This document shows, piece after piece, positions 27,201-39,200 of a DNA stretch of 64,000 nt (its first letter is position 1; every line of letters begins with the position of its first letter). The notes beneath the pieces were generated by a model, which was given only the letters and a program-made list of their open reading frames with translations, made no database searches and was not told where the DNA came from. The position numbers were made by a program, and so were the translations under genes. Source of the stretch: Mobula hypostoma (lineage: Eukaryota); assembly GCF_963921235.1 (NCBI RefSeq), contig NC_086097.1:126358001-126422000 (forward strand). Direction: 5' to 3'.

Positions 27201-30200
27201 CCCCTGTGGCTCCTCCCACAGAACCCTGAATAAAGGTGATTTTGCCTTGCCCCTCCCCCTCAGTCCGGGGGCAGACACTCAGCATGGAAGTCGTATTTTA
27301 CTGCGAATAAAAGCCTTTCAGTATTTACCCTACTTCAGTCGTTTGGAGTTATTGAAGGTGCTTCAGGTTTAGCATAAACCAGTGCAATTTAGATGATCCC
27401 AGTACTTTTGACATATTAATGCAAGTAGAAAGGTGGATGTGGTGTAAATGGATTTTAATTAGGTGATCGACAAGGATCCCCATGGTAGGCTCATTCAGAA
27501 AATAAGGAGGCATAGGATCCATGGAAACTTGGCTGCATGGATTCAGAATTAGTTTGTGTCCAGAAGGCAGAGAGAGGGTGGTAATAGATGAAACGTATAC
27601 TGCTTGGAGGTCAGTGACTAGTGGTTTTCCGCAGGGATCTTTTCTAACACCTCTGCTCTATGTGAGTTTTATAAATGACTTAGATGAGGAAGTGGAATGG
27701 TGGGTGAATAAGTTTTCAGGTGATACAAATTTTGGTGCTATTGGGGATAGTGTAGAAAGTTGTTGTAAGTTACAATGGGTCTTTGAAAGGATGCAGAGCT
27801 GGGCTGAGAAATGGCAGATGGAATTCAATACAGAGAAGTGTGAAGTGATACACTTTGGAAGGATGAACTTGAAGGCAGAATACAAGGTTAATGATAGTAT
27901 TCTTAGCAGTGTGCAGGAACAGAGAGATATTGTGGTCCATGTCCACAGATCCCTCAAAGTTGCTGTGCAAGTTGATAGGGTGGGTTATGAAGGCATTTGG
28001 TGTGTTAGCCTTCATTAGTCATGATTGAGTTCAAGAGCTGTGGGGTAATACTGCAGCTCCATAAAACTGGACCACAATTGGATATTGTGTTCAGTTCTGG
28101 TCACTTCATTATAAGAAGGATGCGAAAGTTTTAGAGGGGGCTTAGTGGAGATTTACTAGGATGCTGCCTGGATTAGAGAATATGTTTTATGAGGAAAGGT
28201 TTAGTGAGCTAGAGCTTTCCTGTTCAGAGTGAAGAAGGATGAGAAATGACTTGGTAGAGGTGTATAAGATGGTAACATGCATAGAAAGAAAGGAGGCAGC
28301 ACCCTTTCCCAATAAACCCAACGATTTGAGCTCCATAGCCATCTATGTTAATGTATTCCACATATTCACCATCTTCCACCTAAAGAAATTCCCCTCATCT
28401 CTATTCTAAAGGAATATCTTTCTATTTTGAGGTTGTGCCCTCTGGTCCTAGATTCTCCCACTATTGGAAATACCCAGTCTATGTCCAGGCAATATAGGCC
28501 TCTTAATGTTTCAATGAAATTGCCCCTCATTCTTTTAAACTCCAGTGGGTGCAGGCCCAGAGCCGTCATATGATTTTCATATATTAACGCTTTCATTCCC
28601 GTGAACCTCCCCTGGACCCTCTCCTTATCCTTTCTTAGATTAGGATCCAAAACAGGTCATAATATTCCAATCGTGGTCTGACCAATGTCTTATGAAACCT
28701 TAGCATTACATCCTTACTTTTATAGTATATTCCAGTTCTCTTGAAATGAATAGTAATATTGCATTTGCTTTTTTTTTAACCACTGACTCATACTACAAGT
28801 TAAGTTTTAGAGAATCCTGCAGCATTCTCAAGTCCCTTTTCACCTCTGATTTCTGAATTTTCTGCCCATTTAGAAGATAACTTACATCATTAATCCTTCT
28901 ACCAAAAAGCATGACTATGCATTTCTCTGCACTGCATTGCATCTGCACTTCTTTGCCCATTTACTAATCTCTCCAAGTCCTTCTGCAGACTTCCTGCTTC
29001 ATTAACACTACCTGCCCCATCTGCATACCTGGCCACAGAGCCCTCAATTCCATCATTCATATCATTAACCTATAATGTTACAAGTAGTGGACCTAACACT
29101 GACATCTATGGAACACCATTAGTCACCAGCAGCTGACAGGAAAAGACCCTTTTATTCATACTTTTTGACTTCTGTAAGACAGTCAATTTGTCCATGCTAG
29201 CCTTTTTCCTCTAACGTATAGGCTCTTATCTTGTTTGCAGCCTCATGTGCTGCACCTTGTCAAAGGCCTTCTGAAAATCCAAATAAATAACATCCACTGA
29301 CTCTCTTTTGATTCCCCTGTAGTATTCTGAAATAGAAAGGGGATAATCACCAGGGACTCCTGCTCATAATCAATGGTACATGGGTATATGACAAATGTTG
29401 CCTACAGTTATTTGATACTTCTAGTTTTTGCTGCTGTCTACAGGTGATCATTTGGATAGTAATGTGTGTTTGTTCAACCATATCCAACTTGTTAACTATC
29501 TGTAGAAAAGAAATCAGACAAAATCTAGGGAGGCATGCCAAAACTGGACAATTAAGATAGAGTTGTATGCTCTTTGAACTAACTTAATATCACACTTAAC
29601 TTTCATTTTAATTTAGGTACCTTCATGGGTGGTTGGTAGTTGGTTTGCTTCTGGCTGTCATATTTACACATGTGGCCGACGTGATTTTGCAGAAGGATCT
29701 CTCAGTTGGTTGGCTTCATCGGCAGCTAGTAGCTGTAACCCTTCCTGCTCTGTGGCTTTGGAATGTTAAACACTTTAGACCTTTCAGGTGAGTGCTACAG
29801 TACTTAGTGTTCAAATAAGATGCAGTGGAGGATGCCAAGATTATATATCGTTAGACCATAAGACATAGGAGCAGATTTAGGCTAGTCGGCCCATCAAGTC
29901 TACTCCACCATTCAATCATGACTGATCCTTTTTATTCCCCTCCTCGGTCCCACTCCCCAGCCTTCTCCCCGTAATCTTTGATGCTATGTCCAATCAAGAA
30001 CATATCAATTTCCGCCTTAAATACACCTAACGATCTGGCCTCCACAGTAACAAATTCCACAAATTCACCACCCTTTGGCTAAAAAAATTTCTCCACATCT
30101 CTTTTTTAAATGGACGTCCCTTTATAATGAGGCTGTGCCCTCTTGTCCTAGACTCCCCCACCATGGGAAACATTCTTTCCACATCTACTCAGTCTAGGCC

Positions 30201-33200
30201 TTTCAACATTTGAAAGGTTTCAATGAGATCCCCCCTTCTCCTTCTAAATTCCAGCAAGTACAGGTGCAAAGCCATGAAACGTTCCTCATATGATAACCCT
30301 TTCATTCCTGGAATCATTCTTGTGAATCTCCTCTGAACCCTTTCCAACGCTAGCACGTCTTTTCTCTGAAAAGGAGCCCAAAACTGTTCACAATACTCAA
30401 GATGAGGCCGCACCAGTGCCTTATAAAGTCTCAGCATCATATCCCTGCTCATATATTCTGGACTCTCTTGATATGAATACTAACATTGCATTTGCCTTCC
30501 TCACCACTGATTCAACCTGCAAGTTAACATTTAGGGTGTTCTGCACAAGGACTCCCAAGTCCTTTTGCATCTCAGGTTTTTGAGTGTTCTCCCCACTTAG
30601 AAAATAGTCTGCACATTTATTTCTTCTACTAAAGTGCATGACCATGCACCTTCCAACATCGTATTTCATTTGCCACTTTCTTGCCATTCTCCTAATCCGT
30701 CTACGTCCTTCTGCAGCCTTCCTGTTTCCTCAACACTACCTGCCCCCCTCCAATAATCTTAATATCATCTGCAAACTTGGCAACAAAAGCATATATTCCA
30801 TCATCTAAATCACTGATACAGCAGCATAAAAAGAAGTGGTCCCAACACTGACCCCTGTAAAACACCACTAGTCACTGGCAGCCATGACTTTCATAACATT
30901 GCCCTTTTGACACGCCTTTTCCTATTTCCTGTTATAATCTGTAATCCGACCTGTATATAGGTTTGGGGTCCTTTTACCCTTGCAGCTTCTTCACTCAACC
31001 CACAAAGATTCAACATCTTCCAATCCTATGTCACATCTTTCTAATGATTTGATGCCATTCTTTACTAGCAGAGTCACACCACCCCCTCTGCCTATCTTCC
31101 TATCCCTCCAATATAACAAGTAAACTTGGACATTCAGCTCCCAAATACAACCACCCTTCAGCCACAACATCATACCTGACAATTATAACAGTGCAACAAG
31201 ATCATCCACCTTATTTTTATACTTCTTTGAGATATAACACTTTGAATACTGTATTTGCTCTCCATTTTGATCCTGCACTATTGCACTGATACTCACCCTG
31301 CTGGCTGCAATTTTGTTCTGTCATCTTCCTGTCCTTCCTGACAGTCTGACTGCATGCTATCTTTGCTTTTTTAACATCCTCCCTATCCTGAGTCCCTTCG
31401 CTCCAGATCCCAACCCCTGCCAAATTAGTTTAAACCCTCCCCAACAGCTCTAATAAACCTGCGCATGAGAATATCGGTCTCAGGTTCATGTGCAACCCAT
31501 TCCTTTTGTATAGGTCGTACCTCCCCCAGAAGAGATCCCAATGATCCAAGAACCTGAAGCTCTGCCCCCTGCACCAACTTCTCAGCCACCCATTTATCTG
31601 CCAAATAATCCTGTTTCTACCCGCACTGGCGCGTGGCACTGGTAGCAATCCAGAAATTACTCACCTGGAGGTCCTGCGTCTCAGCTTTCTGCCTGGCTGT
31701 CTATATTCTCTCTTCAGGACCTCTTTGCTTTTCCTTCCTATGACATTAGTACCAATATGTACCACGACATCTGGCTGCTCTTGCTCCCCCTCCAAAATGC
31801 TGTGGACACAATTGGAGGCATCCCTGACCCTGCCACCTGGGAGGCAACATATCATCCGGGTGTTCCATTCACATCCACAGAATCTCCTGTCTGTTCCTCT
31901 GACTATTGAGTCCTCCATCACTACCACTCCCCTCTTCTCCCTCTTTTCCTTCTGCACCACATACCCATGCTCAGTCCCAGTAACCTGGTCCCTGGGAGGT
32001 CATCTCCCACAACAGAATCCAAAACAGTATATTTATTATTGAGGGGAATGGCCACAGGGGAGCTCTGCAGTAACTGCCTATTCACCATCCCATTCCTTCT
32101 CCTGACAGTCTCCCAACTACCCGCCTCCTGCAACTTAGGGGTGACTAATTGCCTGTAACTCCAATTGATGATCTACTCACCCTCCCGTAGAATCCAAAGG
32201 TCATCCAGCTACTGCTCCAGATCCCTAGCACGGTCTTCAAGGAGCTGCAGCTGGATGTGCTTCACACAGATATAGTTCCCTGGGAGACTCTGTGTCTCCC
32301 AGGACTCCAAATTCCAGAATAAAGAACACACAGTGACCATTTAAACTGCACTAAGTACCCCTGACACAGTATTAGAAAAGAGAAACTTAACAGATACTTA
32401 CCTGGACAACTTACCCAGAGCTAATGCCTTTTCCAAGCCAAAGTCTGACACTCCCTGTCTCACCGCTGGCCCAGTCCCAACAATGACCACTCCGCTTGTC
32501 CCTCCTGTACTTTTATTTACTCCTCTCTGCACTGCTCCTGCTGCTGACTTGACTGTCGGAATGACATTGAACACCTGCGAAGCTCTCCTTTTAAATGAGC
32601 GCTGCCGATCTGAGATTAATCTCCTCACTGTGTGCTACTCCTGCCACTGATTGGGCTGCCGAATGCCGAATAGTAATTGTATCTGCCTCTACCACCACCT
32701 CTGAGCAGTTGCTCTGCAATCCTCCACTCTAAATGCCAAAAAAAAAGTCTCTGACATGACTACCTACACTCTCCTCCAGTCACCTTAAAACTATACCCCC
32801 GATCAATGTTCCCTCTAATTTGTAATGACCAATGTGCACAAAAATCTTGTGCTGTTCAATTTTTTGCCCAGTGACATGAATTTTATATAGAGAGTAGTTA
32901 ATTTTAACTGTTAATAAAACACTGTCATTAAGAACTTTACTGTCTTCTGGGTTTGATCATTTTTGCTCTTGTTCATCTGCCCTCTCACAAAACATACGCA
33001 GCAGGCCTGTTGCGGGTAATGAAGGATTTTCTCATCGGATTTATCCATGTAAGTATGTTTCCTGCCTTTAGAAGACTTCTTTCCCTTTGGGATGTATATA
33101 TCTCTTACCTTCCGAATTGCTTCCAGAAATTTCAGCCTTTGCTGCTCTGCCGTCATCCCAGCCTCTCCTTGCTAGGCTCTGTTTGTAAATCAACTACCTC

Positions 33201-36200
33201 ACCTTCAGCACTTGCACTCCGATTCCACTTAATATATGTCTTTTATCATCTTGTCAAGTAACCTCTCATTGTCTTTCTCTCCAAAGAAAAAAGCCCTATC
33301 CCTATCCTCATAAGACATTCTCTCTAATGCAGGCTGCATCCTGGTAAATCTCTGCACCCTCTCGAAAGCTTTACATCCTTCTTATAATGAAACACAATAA
33401 CCAAACACAATATTCCACGTGTGGTTTAACCAGGGTTTTATAGAGCTGCTACATTACCTCATAGCTCTTGTGAGTGAGGGTAGGACTGATCAGGGATACA
33501 GAAGGAAATGTGCCTGTAGTCAGAGAAGGTAGGGGAATTCCTTAATAAACGCATTGCTTCAGTACTCACTATTGATAGGGACCTTGACATTTGTGAAGAC
33601 AGCATAAAACAGGCTGATGTATTAGAACATGCTTACATACGTGGTTAAGAAAGCATACGGTGCATTGGCCTTCATCAATTGTGGGATTGAGTTTAAGAGC
33701 CGAGAGGTAATGTTGCAGCTATATAGGACCCTGGTCAGACCCCACTTGGAGTACTGTGCTCAGTTCTGGTCGCCTCACTGTAGGAAGGATGTGGAAACCA
33801 TGGAAAGGGTGCAGAGGAGCTTTACAAGGATGTTGTCTGGATTGGGGAGCATGGCTTATGAGAAGAAGTTGAGTAAACTTGGCCTTTTTTCCTGGGAGCG
33901 ACAGAGATGGGAGGTGATCTGATAGAGGTGTATAAAATGATGAGCGGCATTGATCGTGTAGATAGTCAGAGGCTTTTTCTCAGGGTTTAAATGGCTAGCA
34001 CTAGAGGTAGTAGGTACAGAGGAGATGTCAGGGGTAAGTTTTTTATGCAGCGAGTGGTGAGTGCGTGGAATGGGCTGCTGGCGACAGTGGTGGAGACGGA
34101 TACGATAGGGTCTTTTAAGGTAAGGACATGTTCGGTACAGCTTTGTGGGCCGAAGGGCCTATATTGTGCTGTAGGTTTTCTATGTTTCTATCAAGAAAGA
34201 AGATGTCCTGAAAATTTTGAAAAAACATTAGGATCGATAACTCCCTGGGGCCGGGTGGGATATACCTCAGGTTACTACGTGAAGCGAAGTACGAGATTAC
34301 TGCCCTTTGACAATTATCTTTGCATCATCACTAGCCAATGGTGTAGAACTAGATGATTAGAGAGTGCCAAATGTTATTCCTTTGTTCAAGAAAGGGAGTA
34401 GGGATAGTCCTGGAAATTATAAACCAGTGAGTCTTACTTGAGTGGTGGACAAAGTATTGGAGAGTTTACCTTAGATTTTATTAGTATGAAGAGATGCATA
34501 GTCTGGTTAGGGATAGTCAGCGTGGCTTTGTGAGTCATGCTCATGAGCCCGTGGAATGACTCACAAAGCCAGATTGAATTCTTTAAGGATGTAAAGATAG
34601 CCAAGCTGTTCCAGTATTTAAGAAAAAGTCATTGAAGATAGGCAAAGTTGTTCCATTATTTAAGAAAGGCTCTAAGAATAAGTTGGGAAATTATAGGTCA
34701 ATGAAACTGACATCAGCAGTGGCAAATTATTGGAAGATATTCTAAGGAACTAGATAAGTATTTGGATAGACAGAGCCTGATTAGGAATAGTCAACATGGC
34801 TTTAAGTATGGTAGCTTTTTTCTAACAAATAGATTTTTCAAGGAAGTTACCAGGAATGTTAATGAAAGAAATGCAGTGGATGTTTTCTACATGGAATTTA
34901 GCAAGGCTTTTGACAAAGTGCCTTATAGGAGGCTGGTCAAGAAGGTTTCTGTCACTTGGCGTTCAGGATGTGATAGTAAATTAAATTCAGCATTAGCTTT
35001 GTGGGAGAAGCCATAGAGTGGTAATAGATGTTGCCTCTCTAACTGGAGACTAGTAGTGTGCCACAGGAAGCAGCACTGGGTCCATTGTTCCTCACTTATA
35101 TCAATGATCTGGAAGATGATGAAGATGATGCGGTAAATCGGATCAGAAAATTTGTGGATGACACCAAGATTTGGGGTGTAATGAACGGCGAGAAAATCTT
35201 TCAAAGCTTGCGGTGGGATCTAGACCAACTGGAAAAATGGGCTGATAAATGGCAGATAGAATATAATGTAGACAAGTGTGATGTGTTACACTTCGGGAGG
35301 ACCATCCAGGGTAGTACTTACACAGTGAATGATAGGACATTGAGGAGTGCAGAAGAACCGAGAAATCTGGAAATATAGAACCATACTTCTTTGAAAATAG
35401 TGTCACAGGTAGATAGGGTTGTAAAGAGAGGTAGTCTTTGGTTCATAAATCAAGGTATTGGCACAGGACTTCGGATGTTATGTTGAAATTGTGTAAGACA
35501 TTGGTGAGGCCTAATTTGGAGTATTGTGTGCAGATACAGTCACCTACCTGCAGGAAAGATATCATCTATAAGATTGAAAGAGTGCAGAGAAAATTAAAAT
35601 TAGTTGCTGAGAACTGAAGACCTGAGATATTGGGAAGGTTGAATAGGTTACAACTTTGTTGCCTGGAGTGGAGGAGAATGAGGGAAGATTTGATAGAGAA
35701 CCAAGATCCAAGATTCAAAACTGTTTAGTATCATTTAGCACAATATAGGGGAGAACAAAATAATTCTTTTGTTCTCCTTTTCATTCTGGATCCAATGTAG
35801 CATATAAAAACACACTAAGATAAAGAACACAATAATTAAAAAACACAGTATAAATGTACAAGATAGTGCATAAATATAGATTGAATGGATATACATAAAG
35901 TGGTGCTATGTATGAGAATGTGTGTACATAAGATGACTGACAGGAAATGATAAAATAATGGTGGTATGGGGTGTGGTGGTGTAGGTTAGTGGATAGAGGT
36001 GTTGATCAGCCTTACTGCCTGGGAAAAATAACTGTTTTTGAGTCTGGTGGTCCTGGCATGGACCCTAAATAGCCTTCTACCTGACAGAATTGAACTAACA
36101 GTCCATGAGCAGAGTGGGCAGAGTCCTTCATAATATTGCTGGCTTTTTTCTGGCACTTCTCTGTAAATATGTTCTTGATTGTGGCTAGCCTGGTGCTGGT

Positions 36201-39200
36201 GATGCGTTGGGCTGTTGACTACCCATTGTAAGCCTTCCTGCCTGCCTCAGTGCAGTTTTTGTACCATGCAATGATGCAACACATTAGGATGCTCCCTACT
36301 GCGCATCTGTGGAAGGTCATAAGTAGTCCAGCTCTCTTCTGCTTCCTCAGAAAGTAGAGATGTTGGTGGGTTTTATTGATTGTTTAGATTGTGTTCAGAG
36401 GCCATGAGTGGTTGTGTGAGACCTGCACTCTCAGGAGTTTGAGGGGTGTGAGTGGTACGAGTTCTCCTGAAGTTGGTAACAATTTCCTTTGTCTTGTTGA
36501 CATTGAGGAAGAGGTTATTTGTCTGGCATACAAAATGTATACAAAATTTTAAGAGGCATACAAAATTATGAGGTGTATAGGTAGATTTTATGACTGAGGT
36601 TGGGTGAGATGCAAACAAGAGGTTGTGGTTTAAGAGTGAAAGATGAAATATTTAAGAGGAGCATCAGGGGAAATTCTTCAGAGGGTGGTGTGAATGGGGA
36701 ATGAACAGCCAAAGGAATGGGTGGATGTGAGTAAGATGTTAACATTCAAGAGAAATTAGGATAAGTGAATGGATGGGAGGGAAATGGAGGGCTATGGGCC
36801 AGATATGGGTTGATAAGACCAGACAGAATAACAGTTTGAAATGGACTAGATGGTTTGAAAGTCCCGCTTCTGTCCTCTACTCCTCTATAAGTCTATGACA
36901 ATATGTCCTAGTTCTTTGTTTTTAAACTTGCTTCTTCGTATGTATGTGTGTTTTAATGTTTTAATTTTTCCATTGTTTTATGTTTCAAGGCCTTTCTATA
37001 TCTAAACAAATATTTAGTAATTTTGAATGTTCTGAGTGTCAAATTATGCACTGCTAAATACTGTGCTGTGCCCTGCTGATGTGCTAGGAGCAGGGTCTCC
37101 AGAAAGTGCAGGAAAACACAACATGGGTCAGGAAACAGAGAGCCTGCAGAGAGACTTAGATAGTTTAGGGGAATGGGCAAAGAAGTGGCAAATGAAATAC
37201 AATGTTGGAAAGTATATGGTCATGCACTTTGGTGGAAGAAATAAACAGGCAGACTATTATTTAGATGGGGAGAGAATTCAAAATGCAGAGATGCAAGGGG
37301 ACTTGGGAGTCCTTATGCAGGATACCCTAAAGGTTAACCTCCAGGTTTAGTTGGTGGTGAAGAATGCAATGTTGGCATTCATTTCTAGAGATATAGAATG
37401 TAAGTGCAGGGATGTGATGTTGAGGCTCTGTAGGCACTCATGAGACCACACTTGCAATATTGTGTGCAGTTTTGGGCTCCTTATTTTAGAAAAGATATAC
37501 TGACATTGGAGAGGGTTCAGAGAAAATTCAGAAGAATGATTCCAGGAATGAAAGGGTTACCCTATGAGGAATGTCTGGTAGCTCTTGGGCTACTGGAGTA
37601 TTCCCTGGAGTTCAGGAGGATGAGGGAATGAGGGGGAAGCTCATTGAAACATTCCGAATATTAAAAGGCCTGAACAGATTAGATATGGCAAAGTAATTTC
37701 CCATGGTAGGGGAGTCTAGGACAAGAGGGCACGATGTCAGGATTGAAGGACGTCCATTTAGAACAGAGATGCAGAGAAATTACTTTAGACAGAGGGTGGT
37801 AAATTTGTGGAATTTGTTGCCACGAGCAGCTGTGGAGGTCAAGTCATTGGGTGCATTTAAGGCATAGATAGATAGGTTCTTGATTAGCCAGGGCATCAAA
37901 GGATATGGGGAGAAGGCAGGGGAGTGGGGATGACTGGAAGAATTGGATCAGCTGATGATTGAATGGTGGAGCAGACTCGATGAGCCAAATGGCCTACTCT
38001 ACTTCTGCTCCTATATCTTATGGTCTTATAGTACATGGCTAACAATCTCAGGTAGCAGATTTGTACCAGTACTTTTTAATACTAGCAAATTATATATACA
38101 GTGTATATATATATATATAGTTTTCACTTTATTTTTAAATCTTGTCTAACAAAATAAATTGCTGAAAATGTGCAATATATACTGATAAGTAATTTTATGA
38201 ATGGTGTACTTACTTTGTTCTGTAGGTTTATTGGACCATTTGTAATCATGATTGGCAAGGTTATCCCACTCATCTTTAAGTTCCTTTTCCTCTATGTACA
38301 GATCTTTATACCATTTGGATTTGGCTACTTCCTGATTTTTGGAGGTATGATATATCTAACCAACTTAAAATGTAACAATATTGTATTGCTTAAATGTTGC
38401 AGTGATATACATGACAAGAGAGCCTTGGTCATTTGGGATCAATTGACTACTAATTGCAGAGGTAGAAAATAATTATTGTTCAGAGTATATGTAGAGCCAG
38501 ATCTGATCATTTATTGGATGTTGAATTACCTATTCATCTAGAAAATATACTGACACAAATATCCAGCAATCATTCAGGCTTGAAAATAGGTTTTAATATG
38601 GTTCTTTATGGAAGACCCACGCCAGTTTGCCCGTGTTCCATTTGAGTGTTATTTTAGTATGCACACCTTTTTTAAGTACTTGGACTGTTACAATGTCTTC
38701 CCACTGAAACCAAGTTAATTTAGTAGTCCCAGCCACCAGCTGAAATTAACCCGAGTTAATTGATATCATTTCAGCAACCCTTATACTTCTTCTGGAAGTG
38801 CTGAGTACTAATTGCATATATTCAAATACAGTGGACAAGGGAGATATCAGTTAGACATAGCACAACATATAGTAGCTCCCCAATGTGCTTACTAAGCTTA
38901 ATGTATCTGCATGATGTAAACCTAGAAGCATGTGACTGGAAGTCGTGATATTAGTTTTATATTGTGCCAGATATAAAGAAGAACATTTTTTTGGCATCTG
39001 ACCATGGTTAGAACATACATTTTTCACCATAAATAATGCCAGACTTGTCATATCAGAAGAAAATATATGAAAATTGTCCTTGTACCCAATTACTCAAAAA
39101 GACCAGATGAAGCTAGAATACTCTGTCTGGCTCTGCAGCACCACGATAGGTGCTGCGAACCCATGCTTTTCCCATTCATAAGACATAGGAGCAGAATTAG

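Noticed and set aside
38170..38472. ORF-track ORFs 19990-20286, 38170-38472, 40699-40956 and 46007-46336 as separate small genes
   Set aside because: Each is a real exon of the channel gene extended into intron sequence.
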